64,000 nt of DNA from a virus (IMGVR_UViG_3300032516_002776:51048-115047), one strand, 5' to 3'; numbered from the stretch's first letter, positions 8,353-18,190 are shown. Program-made: numbers and translations. The notes: generated by a model from the letters alone, not told the origin.

Positions 8353-9088
8353 TTTCTTTGATTTTACTAATAATGATAATTCTCCCGTGGTATTAGAATC
8401 ATGTAATTCTTCTATAAAAAATAAACTTTTCAAAGATACCATAGACACTTATCATAGTTATGTAAAATTCAAATCCATACCATCCCGCCGATTAAGCTAT
8501 CTTGTCTATGAATCCAAGAGTGGAAATTTGATTGGAGCAGTAGGAATTAGCAGTGCGGTTATAGCTGTAGCCTGTATAGACAAATATATCGGCTGGGATT
8601 CTAAAACAAAAATGCGAAACTTGAATAAAGTCGCCAATAACTCTCGATTCTGTCTTATTCAGTCAAATATAACCATAAAGAATACAGGCAGTATGGCATT
8701 AAAACAATTAAGAATCATTGGAGCTAAGGATTGGAAAGCTCGTTATGGTGATGAATTGATTTTATTGGAAACATTTGTTCAGCCCGAAAGAGACTTAGCA
8801 TATAACACACAAATGACTCGAAATGGTTCGGTATACCTTTCCGACAATTGGATTGAGATTGGTATGACAAGCGGCAGTTCCATACAGAAATCTCCACTTA
8901 AATTGTGGGCAAAAGAAGATGGAGAACGTGGGCGGTTAGCGAGAGAAGATAAAGCGGAATGTTTGAAGCGTTATGCTCAATATATGGATGGGCATAATAA
9001 TAGTGGTTACAAAGTCACAAAGAGTAAGAAGAAGATTGTTTTTATTAAACCATTGGTATACAATTGGAAGATTAAGTTGACAACTTAA
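8345..9088 (+). CDS. hypothetical protein, family A (paralog of 2260..3435)
   Basis: 247 aa with conserved DKYIGW...NNSRFCL and a GxG-like RIIGAKDW segment. It overlaps the upstream stop. Confidence 0.5.
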   Translation: MSNFFDFTNNDNSPVVLESCNSSIKNKLFKDTIDTYHSYVKFKSIPSRRLSYLVYESKSGNLIGAVGISSAVIAVACIDKYIGWDSKTKMRNLNKVANNSRFCLIQSNITIKNTGSMALKQLRIIGAKDWKARYGDELILLETFVQPERDLAYNTQMTRNGSVYLSDNWIEIGMTSGSSIQKSPLKLWAKEDGERGRLAREDKAECLKRYAQYMDGHNNSGYKVTKSKKKIVFIKPLVYNWKIKLTT

Positions 9089-9366
9089 TATGTTTTTATT
9101 AAAACGCCTTCGTTATAGAAGGAGATGGAAGACTCTTTGATTTTATTTTTTATGTGTGGCATATAATTTGGCAAATTATCGGTTACTATTCTAACATATG
9201 TATTATTTGCATTTGTTCTTGCGCTTTCTTTTACTGCTGCTCCTTTACAGCCACACAATGTTTTATAATTTTCTACTAATTCAATGAAATTTGAAAATGG
9301 AGAAATTGATTCAAGGTTGGAATTTCTTATAAGACTACTAAACTCTGTAAAATTGTTAATGTTCAT
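9085..9366 (-). CDS. hypothetical protein
   Basis: Last gene of the minus-strand block. It converges on 8345..9088 with a 4-nt overlap. Confidence 0.4.
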   Translation of the reverse strand: MNINNFTEFSSLIRNSNLESISPFSNFIELVENYKTLCGCKGAAVKESARTNANNTYVRIVTDNLPNYMPHIKNKIKESSISFYNEGVLIKTY

Positions 9367-9697
9367 CTTTTAGTGTTTTCAATAAATAGTAAACAACTAA
9401 AGAGCTTATACAAACAATTGGAATATTAATAAAACAGCTAAATATTATACAAAATATTATAGATAACCACACAGATAAACAGACTGGGCACATTATTAGT
9501 CGAACAAAGAAGCAATCGTGGTATCTTTTTATAAAATGATGATAAGTCAATTCAAAGTTCTTTTTATATGCTTCATCAAATAGGTCTATTTTAAATAATT
9601 TTGATAGATGAAATAGACGGCAATATTCAACAAAAGCGTCGGTATCAAACCATATAATTAGAAGTAGGGTTATTAAAAATATTAGGGTTATAATCAT
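9356..9697 (-). CDS. hypothetical membrane protein
   Basis: 113 aa with at least three hydrophobic helices (ITLIFLITLLLIIWF; CPVCLSVWLSIIFCIIF; IVCISSLVVYYLL). Confidence 0.4.
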   Translation of the reverse strand: MIITLIFLITLLLIIWFDTDAFVEYCRLFHLSKLFKIDLFDEAYKKNFELTYHHFIKRYHDCFFVRLIMCPVCLSVWLSIIFCIIFSCFINIPIVCISSLVVYYLLKTLKDEH

Positions 9698-10929
9698 AAT
9701 AATTGTGAAGTAAAATAAATGTCATCCAATGTTATTAATTTCTTTTCGTAACTTTCCAACGAACCGATATAGAATTTAAATATATCATATTCCATATCTC
9801 CGATTACAGCGGATTCTGATAGAATATCAGGTAACATTTCAGTTATGATAAGAAATCTGTCTTGAGTTAAATTTTTCGCGTCAAAATCAATTAATACATA
9901 ATTTTGTTTATCATTATCATATGGTCTGATTTTGTTAGATAAATCGAATTTAGTATTTGGTTGGGTTTGGTTTATGTAATTATCATAATCACAATCAACA
10001 TATAAAGTTGAGAACCATGGCTCTAAATATTGTAATACATTTTCATTGCAATTTTTGACAATTACACCCACATCATATTTTTTCTTTACAATTGGATGTA
10101 AATATTCATCGTGCTTTACTCCAGACCCCCATTTTCTTATAAATTCCAATGTAGAATTATGCATTAAAATTTGCCAATCTTTTGATTTTTGTGAGTGATC
10201 TTTTGTCAAAACACCATGTTCAAACTGTCCACCTCTGCAAGTTAAGTGATAAACAAATGATTCCCAAGATTGGATTAAAGTATAACCATTTAATATCATT
10301 CGGTTAAATACATCGCTATCTTCTCTTGCTGATTTCATAATTGGATCATGCATTCCGATAATTTCAAAATCTTCTTTATACATCATCCACGGAGCAAAAC
10401 ATCCATTAGTAGTCTTACCTTTAAAATCTAATTTACATTGTTCAACAAATGCGTTGAATTCATTTTCTTTAAAGCCATCTTTTACATCAAGTTCCGGCCA
10501 CATACCGAAATCTTTTACTATTTTCTCTAATCCCTCAGGGTGTAAAGGCGGCTCAATTCTCGTGGAGCAAACAACTTTTCTTCTTTCAAGATATTTGTAG
10601 GCCTCTAAGTCGGCACCTTTCGCTAGCATCATATCTGCGTGAAAAATCATAAAAATATCTGTGGCAGAATTTCTAATACAATAATCATAAGCTTTTCCAA
10701 TTCCATATAAAGAATTATTTAAATCAGGATTGATATGGTAAGTTAAATTATACACATCTTTTACATTTTTTAACCAGTCAACTGTACCATCTGTATCTTT
10801 ATCAACAAAAATTGAAATGTCATGGTCATTTCTGTAAGAATTTTTTCGTATGGATTTTACACACGATTCAAGATAACGCTTGTTATTTTTTGATGGTATA
10901 CAAAATGTGATTTTTGGTATGTCTATCAT
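9694..10929 (-). CDS. glycosyltransferase family 2
   Basis: The N-terminal ITFCIPSKNNKRYLESCVKSI...DISIFVDKDTDGT pattern is typical of the GT-A/GT2 nucleotide-binding region. Confidence 0.5.
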   Translation of the reverse strand: MIDIPKITFCIPSKNNKRYLESCVKSIRKNSYRNDHDISIFVDKDTDGTVDWLKNVKDVYNLTYHINPDLNNSLYGIGKAYDYCIRNSATDIFMIFHADMMLAKGADLEAYKYLERRKVVCSTRIEPPLHPEGLEKIVKDFGMWPELDVKDGFKENEFNAFVEQCKLDFKGKTTNGCFAPWMMYKEDFEIIGMHDPIMKSAREDSDVFNRMILNGYTLIQSWESFVYHLTCRGGQFEHGVLTKDHSQKSKDWQILMHNSTLEFIRKWGSGVKHDEYLHPIVKKKYDVGVIVKNCNENVLQYLEPWFSTLYVDCDYDNYINQTQPNTKFDLSNKIRPYDNDKQNYVLIDFDAKNLTQDRFLIITEMLPDILSESAVIGDMEYDIFKFYIGSLESYEKKLITLDDIYFTSQLL

Positions 10930-11546
10930 ATATACGCCTTTAATGTTTTAGGTCTATCTGCTAAGTATTGATTGGCTTTTCCAATTGTAGGAATGTGTAT
11001 TTCCCAAACATTTAATTTTATATTATTATCATCTAAATACTTATAAATTTTTTTAGAAAGCTCTAGCGTGTGCGCATCAGATATTTTGTTGTCATGCCAT
11101 TCACCATGTAATTCTTTGATTAATTTTATAGAGCCGTCATTTATCATTTTATTTAATACTTCATATTCTGCGCCTTCAATGTCTAATTTTAGAATAACAT
11201 AATCTTGTTCAGTGAAAGTTTCTAATAACCATTTTGATAAATCTACACAAGGCACATTAATATATACAGATTCATCCAAGTTATTAATGGATTTTCCTAA
11301 CAAAGAAGAGCCATCGGTTATATCGGTTGATACATAAATTTTTTTGATATCATCGTTAATCCACACCGCGGCGTTTAGGATTTGTACAGTGTTATTGTTT
11401 TCATGAATTTCTTTTAATTGATTTGCTAAATAAGGAATTGGTTCAAAAGAAATTACATGTGTATTAACACCAAACCTTTGTTTTGCGGTAAGAATTGATT
11501 CTCCACAATGCGCACCACAATCTATAAAATATTTTTCATCGCTCAT
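10926..11546 (-). CDS. FkbM-family methyltransferase
   Basis: A YFIDCGAHCGESI glycine-rich SAM motif at the N-terminus, as in the FkbM family. 206 aa. Confidence 0.55.
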   Translation of the reverse strand: MSDEKYFIDCGAHCGESILTAKQRFGVNTHVISFEPIPYLANQLKEIHENNNTVQILNAAVWINDDIKKIYVSTDITDGSSLLGKSINNLDESVYINVPCVDLSKWLLETFTEQDYVILKLDIEGAEYEVLNKMINDGSIKLIKELHGEWHDNKISDAHTLELSKKIYKYLDDNNIKLNVWEIHIPTIGKANQYLADRPKTLKAYI

Positions 11547-12372
11547 AATTATTTATTTCATTTTTTATCCAATTTTCTATAGAATAATTAGGATTCCAAT
11601 TAAAATTTTGAATGCTATCGGTTATATAAAAATTAAATGATGGAGAATACATACCATCTTCGAAACAAAGTGTTGTGTCAGGCAAATACTTACAAATCAT
11701 ATTTGCCAATTCAATATTTGTAATTGATTTTCCTGATGCAGCTAAAACCATTGAATGATTATTGTTTTTAATAGAAATTTTATAACAAAGTTCGGTTAAA
11801 TCATCAATATGAAGATAATCTTGGCATCTATCTTTGTTTCCTATAATAGTAATTTTTTTATCAGTGATAGCAGCCTTTAATAAAATAGGCAGCAATGATT
11901 TTTTATCCATTCCTGTTCCGTAGATGTATGTTGGTCGAATTATTGTGTAATTTTCTTTTAACATTATTAAAAATTCTTGAGCCAATTTTGCCATTCCATA
12001 TTCTCTTGGATTATTATATGAACTATTAACATGTATAGTATCTTTATGCTCACCATATACCGCAGTGCTAGATATGAAAATAAGTTTTTTGTATCTTAGT
12101 TTAATACCAAAGGTTTGTAATAACGAAAGTTGATTAAGAAAATCTCTGTGGGAAGAATAATAATTTCCCATTGAAACAAACAAACAATCTAAATCAGACA
12201 TATGTGACCATTCCATAGAAGGAAATTTTTGTGTCGGACATAAAACACACTCTTTCGGTATGCTTTCATAATTAGTTTTATAAAATGCATATACTTTATG
12301 TCCTAATTGGATATATTTAAGGCATAGGTTTCTTCCTATGAAACCATTTGCGCCAATAACACCTATATTCAT
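11536..12372 (-). CDS. NAD-dependent sugar epimerase/dehydratase/reductase (SDR)
   Basis: Rossmann motif GVIGANGFIGRNL, SSTAVYG, and a catalytic YGMAK (YxxxK). Confidence 0.6.
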   Translation of the reverse strand: MNIGVIGANGFIGRNLCLKYIQLGHKVYAFYKTNYESIPKECVLCPTQKFPSMEWSHMSDLDCLFVSMGNYYSSHRDFLNQLSLLQTFGIKLRYKKLIFISSTAVYGEHKDTIHVNSSYNNPREYGMAKLAQEFLIMLKENYTIIRPTYIYGTGMDKKSLLPILLKAAITDKKITIIGNKDRCQDYLHIDDLTELCYKISIKNNNHSMVLAASGKSITNIELANMICKYLPDTTLCFEDGMYSPSFNFYITDSIQNFNWNPNYSIENWIKNEINNYER

Positions 12373-13370
12373 AATTGTATTGTGCTTCCTTTTAATTCTC
12401 CCTGCCGTTGTAGAGAACTAATAGCAGTATTACTTACGACAAGCTCATTCCAATATCTTAAAATCGTGAGCGGTTTAATATCAAATTCTGGTTCTTTTCC
12501 TTTTAATATAAAATCCGCTATCATCTTTGGTTCATTAAATCCGCAAAGTGTTCGTGCCGCAGTTGTTCCGGAGCACCTTGCATTTATTTCTATGATGAAT
12601 GGAACACCATTTCTTACTCTTAATTGTATGTTACACGCACCAAATGGCTTAATTGTATCAGCTATATTTTTTACGCACTTTTCTATAACAATATTGTGTT
12701 CCGAAAAGCACTTGTATGTGTCGCCATCTCGAAGAATCCTACGCATAACAATAACACCTTTACATTCATTGTTTAAGTTTATTGTTCCACAAGTATATTC
12801 ATCACCCTCAATGTATTCTTGAAGAATGAAATTGTCGATATTATCACCTATTTTAGCTAATATCAGTTTTAATTCGGTTTTATCCTTTACCAAAAATACA
12901 TTTTGTGATCTAGCTCCACCAACCATTTGTTTAATGATAACAGGAAATTCTACATTTTTTGCCTGACTAAGAGGAAAGGTAAATGGAAATTTTCCCGCAA
13001 CATTTCTATCTAAAGAATCATACATATATTGTTTATCATTAGATAATTTAATTACATTTGGATTACTAACTATTACCGTTGTTCCTATTGCTTTAAATGC
13101 ATCTACATTTAGGGATAATGTTTCTAATTCGGCGTCAAGACCAGGAAATAGTAAAGAAATACCTTCTTTCTTACAAATGCCTAATAAAACTGATATGTAA
13201 TCAGGCTTATTAACAAATGGTATTAAATAAGAATTTGGTACTGCATATAATCCTGTTGCAAGAGTTTCACCATCTAATGCAATAATGTCATAGTCGGTAT
13301 TATACAAAGACTTTATGATGCTTTGACCAACACCGCCACCGGCACCAGTAATCGCAATTTTATGTGCCAT
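12369..13370 (-). CDS. ATP-grasp domain protein (sugar-modifying ligase candidate)
   Basis: The glycine-rich loop and the PVIIKQMVGGARSQNVFLV / IEGDEYTCG segments resemble ATP-grasp enzymes. Confidence 0.5.
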   Translation of the reverse strand: MAHKIAITGAGGGVGQSIIKSLYNTDYDIIALDGETLATGLYAVPNSYLIPFVNKPDYISVLLGICKKEGISLLFPGLDAELETLSLNVDAFKAIGTTVIVSNPNVIKLSNDKQYMYDSLDRNVAGKFPFTFPLSQAKNVEFPVIIKQMVGGARSQNVFLVKDKTELKLILAKIGDNIDNFILQEYIEGDEYTCGTINLNNECKGVIVMRRILRDGDTYKCFSEHNIVIEKCVKNIADTIKPFGACNIQLRVRNGVPFIIEINARCSGTTAARTLCGFNEPKMIADFILKGKEPEFDIKPLTILRYWNELVVSNTAISSLQRQGELKGSTIQL

Positions 13371-13372
13371 AA

Positions 13373-13999
13373 TTATTTATAAACCTCAAATTTGCTTAAA
13401 TCGGGGTATGGCAATTCTAAGTCATCATTACATTTTTTACTTCCGTCAATATTGTAAAATTGCTTTATAAGAAGAAGGCCGCGCGCCGATAACTCAGGCA
13501 TCATATAAAAATTCCAACCTAACATATCAAAATAATCTTCGTGGTAAGAACATTCTCTTCTTCCTGAAAATCTTGCTCGTTTAAACCAAAAGTATGCGGT
13601 TTGACTATCTGTTAAAATAGCACCACCTTTTGATAGTTTAAAATGTTTGTAGGGACCAGTAAAAGACAGGCACATGTAACTTTTTGGTATATACATATCT
13701 GCTGTAAATCTAAGTGCGGAATCCCATACATTTGTCGGCTCTAATTGATATGCTCCTTTTAATGTAGTTCCCACGACAGGTTTAAATTTGACCTTGGCAC
13801 CAGCATGAATAATTTCACAGGGAACAGAAGGATAAGTTCGAGAGGGAATTGTAATTTCTTTACCTTTAACATTTTCATATGTTAGTGCTAAAAATAAAGC
13901 GTTGCTAGCATTATCTATAGTTATAACATAAGGCGCGCCGGTATAATCTGCTAGTTCTTTCTCGAATTCTTCGGTTATTTTATGTACATTATTGGCCAT
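13373..13999 (-). CDS. DegT/DnrJ/EryC1-like aminotransferase, unusually short (208 aa)
   Basis: FEKELADYTGAPYVITIDNASNALFLAL matches the DegT N-terminal block. CLSFTGPYKHFKLSKGGAILTD matches the PLP-lysine block FSFHxTKxxTTGEGGxxxTND. The protein is about half the normal length. Confidence 0.45.
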   Translation of the reverse strand: MANNVHKITEEFEKELADYTGAPYVITIDNASNALFLALTYENVKGKEITIPSRTYPSVPCEIIHAGAKVKFKPVVGTTLKGAYQLEPTNVWDSALRFTADMYIPKSYMCLSFTGPYKHFKLSKGGAILTDSQTAYFWFKRARFSGRRECSYHEDYFDMLGWNFYMMPELSARGLLLIKQFYNIDGSKKCNDDLELPYPDLSKFEVYK

Positions 14000-14002
14000 A
14001 GT

Positions 14003-14224
14003 TTATTCTTCATTAAAAACTTCTATGCATAAAACTTTATTGTCGTTTATCATAAGCATAGAGCCATCTTTTCGTTTCATTTTTGTAAATTGACCCTGTT
14101 TAATTCCTTCTGTACAGATTCCTGTATATGTTCTTTTAATACCACCATCAAAATGTATTATTTGCGTAACATATTTTCCCTGTTCATAGACCGACGAATT
14201 TAAATTGACAATTTTTTTAAGCAT
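14003..14224 (-). CDS. hypothetical protein
   Basis: 73-aa ORF inside the operon. Confidence 0.35.
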   Translation of the reverse strand: MLKKIVNLNSSVYEQGKYVTQIIHFDGGIKRTYTGICTEGIKQGQFTKMKRKDGSMLMINDNKVLCIEVFNEE

Positions 14225-14258
14225 ATATTTAATAATATAACATTTATTTGGTTGTTGG

Positions 14259-15152
14259 TCAAGACATTAAACTATTTTTAATATTATGTAATTCTTCGGA
14301 AACCTTTGCAAAAACATCATTTGTTTTTGATTGTGCTTTGAATGTAATATATTTAGTCCAAAATTGATGTGCATGCCAATACTTTCTATCTTCTTGTATA
14401 ATGCAGTTTTTAATTATATATTGTGGTATATTATACTTTCCAGAAGCATTCATCATTTTAAATTTTTCTTGTTGAAATAGGTCTATATGGCGAAAGTCTC
14501 CTATGCTTTCTGGCAATTTCATAAGTTTTGTTAGCTCCTTTGAATGAAAATTAAACCAACCTCCAGCGAATTTGGTGTCATAGTTTTTTAATAAAGAAAT
14601 TTCCTGTAAATTTATTTTTGTTTCTAATTCAAATACATTAATATCATCGAAGCTAACTGGAGAATTTACATATTCTTCTGAACTTATGACATTCCAAGAT
14701 GCGTCCCAAAATTTGGCGATTTGTGGGGTGATCATATATGTCAATGTTTCTTTTTCTATTGTTGGAATAATGTTTTCTAAAACATGCAAAATTTCTACAG
14801 GAAAATATATGTCTGGGTCTAACCAAATTAAATTATATTCTCCGTTGTTATTGTTTAAAATTCTTCGTTGATGTTCTCCAGAACCTTTTATATCATCATT
14901 GATTTCAAAATTTACTTCTTTACAAAAATCACAATGTTTTTCAATGTATCTAAATTTATCAACAAAAAACTCCTTTGGTAATTTACAATTATCCCAATCA
15001 AGTTTATCATCGGCCATATTAAAAACTATGTCCAGACTCAAATACTTTTTGGTGTCGGAATAATTAGCCGCTCTTTTTAATTGATAAATTGTTCTTTCCA
15101 ATAAATCAATGTGAAATGGGAATATAAAATATACTATTTTTGTTTTATCCAT
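14259..15152 (-). CDS. hypothetical protein (glycan cluster)
   Basis: 297 aa, co-oriented in the cluster, with no motif I can name confidently. Confidence 0.4.
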   Translation of the reverse strand: MDKTKIVYFIFPFHIDLLERTIYQLKRAANYSDTKKYLSLDIVFNMADDKLDWDNCKLPKEFFVDKFRYIEKHCDFCKEVNFEINDDIKGSGEHQRRILNNNNGEYNLIWLDPDIYFPVEILHVLENIIPTIEKETLTYMITPQIAKFWDASWNVISSEEYVNSPVSFDDINVFELETKINLQEISLLKNYDTKFAGGWFNFHSKELTKLMKLPESIGDFRHIDLFQQEKFKMMNASGKYNIPQYIIKNCIIQEDRKYWHAHQFWTKYITFKAQSKTNDVFAKVSEELHNIKNSLMS

Positions 15153-15153
15153 G

Positions 15154-16032
15154 TTAAACCTTTCCTATTTGTAACAATTTATTAATCAAGATGTTTTTCT
15201 TTTCTGGAGTACTTTCCAATTCAGTATAGGAAGCGTCTAAAAACGGAGCATAACTTTTACAAATTTCTCCACCATGCAACAATTTTAATTTGTCTTTCCA
15301 CTTTAAATTATGTACAACGATTGCATGTATTTCTTCATCACTCCATGTAAATGGGATGTCCAACCCGAAAGAGCCACCATCGTCGCCATAACCTACAACA
15401 ATGACTTTTTCAAATCCCATATACCACAATAATTGAAATATAATTCCTGATACGTTTCCTCCAGGATGAAATTTTAGTGGATTTGTTCCATATTCATCCA
15501 CAGAGGATTGAATGTAAGTACTTAAAACAGGATAAGATTGCCCACTGTTTATATCTCTGTGCTCTATACAAAGATAAGTATTTGGAACTTGCCTGCAATA
15601 TTCTTCACCGTGAAATTTATATAACTGTCCCGTTGTGAATATCCAATTATAGCAAGGAAGCTCATTGCATGCTATTATTTTTATTAGATTTGGATTTTGT
15701 AATATTATCTCCCGCTTTCCCTCTATCCAAATAGGAGCATCGTCAAATCTAAAACTAGCTTTGTCTCTTAACATAAAATCTCCACCAATGTATTTATGTA
15801 AAAAAAACGATTTATCTTCAAAATATTCCCGAGCAATACTATTATCAGCGGTAAGATATAAATCACAATTTGGATAGATTTTTATGTTACGATTTACGGT
15901 AACAGTAAAATTATTTTTGATAATTTCTTGAAGATTGTTTACATTTTTTGTGGATGGTCCACCTAAAATACAAAACGCAGTATTACTATTGGCAATATCT
16001 TTCCATTGTGAATTTATATAATAATTTTTCAT
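15154..16032 (-). CDS. hypothetical protein (possibly MAF/DUF115-like)
   Basis: 292 aa. The ILGGPS and VIVVGYGDDGG glycine motifs are loosely reminiscent of motility-accessory-factor glycosyltransferase domains. The assignment is weak. Confidence 0.35.
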   Translation of the reverse strand: MKNYYINSQWKDIANSNTAFCILGGPSTKNVNNLQEIIKNNFTVTVNRNIKIYPNCDLYLTADNSIAREYFEDKSFFLHKYIGGDFMLRDKASFRFDDAPIWIEGKREIILQNPNLIKIIACNELPCYNWIFTTGQLYKFHGEEYCRQVPNTYLCIEHRDINSGQSYPVLSTYIQSSVDEYGTNPLKFHPGGNVSGIIFQLLWYMGFEKVIVVGYGDDGGSFGLDIPFTWSDEEIHAIVVHNLKWKDKLKLLHGGEICKSYAPFLDASYTELESTPEKKNILINKLLQIGKV

Positions 16033-16779
16033 TTAGTTTTTTGAAAGTTTGTCGAGCAAAGCAGATATGTTATTGTCTTGTTCGTTTATTTTGGTTATCA
16101 ATTTTTTTGTTTCTGTTGGTGCGTGGGTGACAGCTATGCGCAGAATATCCATCCAATTAACATTATTTTTCGTTCGAGCGGCTTCAATGTCATTTATAAT
16201 TTCTAAATCTGTTTCATTATTTTTCATATTATTTAAGTATTCTTTTATGTTTATATCCCAATTTTTTATGTTGGATGGTAAATCTACCAATTTGTGATAT
16301 GTCCCAATACCCTCTTGTTTTTTTGGGATGATATTACAATGTAATAACGCCTGATAATTTTCTTTGAATAAATTTTCAATTTCATTTCTTAATCTATTAT
16401 ATGTTTTACGGAAAGTGTTTTCGCTTTCTTCGAATATTATTTTCTTTTGAACTAATATGTCTCCTGTATCTATACCCCTGTCTAAAATATGTATAGTAAC
16501 TCCCGCCGGAGTAGATTCGTAAAATGACCAAAAATTAGGATTCGTGCCTCTATTATATGGTAAATAACTTATATGTAAATTAATTATTTTATTTTTAAAT
16601 TGTGAAATTACATCTTCTTTTATAATATGTTTATATCCATAACTTATAATAAAATCAAAGTTTTTAGATTCTTCTGGGGTTATTTTATCTTTTCGCTGAA
16701 CTATATTGTAATCATGGTCTCGCAAAAACTTTATAAGGCAAGTTTCGGATTCATTGTAACCTAAAAATAATATTTTCAC
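16033..16779 (-). CDS. formyltransferase (sugar N-formyltransferase candidate)
   Basis: NLHISYLPYNRGTNP matches the formyl_transf motif HxSLLPxxRG. It uses a GTG start overlapping the upstream stop (GTGA). Confidence 0.6.
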   Translation of the reverse strand: MKILFLGYNESETCLIKFLRDHDYNIVQRKDKITPEESKNFDFIISYGYKHIIKEDVISQFKNKIINLHISYLPYNRGTNPNFWSFYESTPAGVTIHILDRGIDTGDILVQKKIIFEESENTFRKTYNRLRNEIENLFKENYQALLHCNIIPKKQEGIGTYHKLVDLPSNIKNWDINIKEYLNNMKNNETDLEIINDIEAARTKNNVNWMDILRIAVTHAPTETKKLITKINEQDNNISALLDKLSKN

Positions 16780-17429
16780 AATATTTCTCTTAACAATTTA
16801 AATTTTTCACAATATTTAGCGCCGACCTCAGACCCCCACACTTTCATTAAATTTTTTACATTCGTATAACTTCTAGAATGGGGATATTTTCTCATTTCAT
16901 CATCATATACTTTTAAAGCCTTCATTTTAACCTTTACTTCATTTTCTGTAAGTTTAAAATATACTCCGCCATCAAATGTCATCGTTGGATTATAGTCTGT
17001 TGATGATGGAATAAAATATGAATAAATTTTGATATTATTTCCTGTTTGTGGTCTAAATGCTATTAATCCTGCTTTAGTCACAATTTGATGATCAACGTTT
17101 AAATCCGTCATAGAATGGGTAAAAATAATATCAGGAGAATAATCAACATTAGATTCTATAAATTTACAAACATCTAATAATGAAATTCTGTCCATAGCAT
17201 TATCTGGAAAATTTCCAGAATTGACACTGTGAATCTTTAATATACTTGATATTTTTTCAAGTTTATAATTTCTATTTTTTTTGTTATCATTTCTACTTCC
17301 TACTCCATCTGTAAATGTTATAAGTTGTGTTTTATATCCAAGATTAGATAATTTATAAGCAGTCGCTCCACATCCAAGCGTTTCGTCGTCTGGATGGGCA
17401 GCTAATATAAGTAGTCTTTTGTCTTTCAA
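16776..17429 (-). CDS. PIG-L/LmbE-family deacetylase
   Basis: LILAAHPDDETLGCG is the canonical LmbE AHPDDE motif. It uses a TTG start overlapping the upstream stop. Confidence 0.65.
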   Translation of the reverse strand: MKDKRLLILAAHPDDETLGCGATAYKLSNLGYKTQLITFTDGVGSRNDNKKNRNYKLEKISSILKIHSVNSGNFPDNAMDRISLLDVCKFIESNVDYSPDIIFTHSMTDLNVDHQIVTKAGLIAFRPQTGNNIKIYSYFIPSSTDYNPTMTFDGGVYFKLTENEVKVKMKALKVYDDEMRKYPHSRSYTNVKNLMKVWGSEVGAKYCEKFKLLREIL

Positions 17430-18190
17430 CTTTTTATTCCTTGAAATAACATGATATTTTTATCTACATTAAAAGTATTATTGATTTCAAAATGCTTCTG
17501 TAAATTATATTCAACAATTATTTTTTTAGTTTCGTCAAAAAATGTAGAATTTTTCCAGTAAGAAATAACATCTTCTACAGAATTCCATCGTATTGTATTT
17601 ATAATAGTATTAATTTGTATATCCTTAAAATGTGTTATTCCCGGATAAACAACTTTATCATACATAAAATTTGTACATGAATATAAAACAAATTCGTTTA
17701 TTTTTACACCTGACTCCTCAATTAAATTAAATAAAGTTTTGTTACTGTTTCCGTATGAACCCAAAACTATAAATTTTCCATTTGGATTTAAAGATTCTAC
17801 AATCATAGTTATTAATTTGTCTATATTTGTCGAATAATATAAGCCATAAGAAATAAAAACCACATCATATTTTTTTAAATTTGTATCAAAAAATTCATCC
17901 ATACTTATAACTTTTGTTGATATTTTAGAACTGTCAAAAAATGAAGCCGCTTCTATAGAACAAATAGAATCAGATGATATATCAATTGCTGTTATATGTG
18001 AATTAGAAAAGTGCTTACACAAATATTCTGTTTGTTTTCCTGTTCCACAACACATTTCTAATATATTTATAGGTTCTATTGTAGTGAAAATTTTAGAAAA
18101 TGCCCACGTATTCAAATTGAATGTTTGATTATTTTCATTTTGCTTTATTCTTTCTTTTAAAGATGTTGTGTTTTTAGAGGCAGTATTCAT
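17426..18190 (-). CDS. class I SAM-dependent methyltransferase
   Basis: Motif I ILEMCCGTGKQTEYL and motif-II-like DVVFISYGLYY. Confidence 0.55.
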   Translation of the reverse strand: MNTASKNTTSLKERIKQNENNQTFNLNTWAFSKIFTTIEPINILEMCCGTGKQTEYLCKHFSNSHITAIDISSDSICSIEAASFFDSSKISTKVISMDEFFDTNLKKYDVVFISYGLYYSTNIDKLITMIVESLNPNGKFIVLGSYGNSNKTLFNLIEESGVKINEFVLYSCTNFMYDKVVYPGITHFKDIQINTIINTIRWNSVEDVISYWKNSTFFDETKKIIVEYNLQKHFEINNTFNVDKNIMLFQGIKS

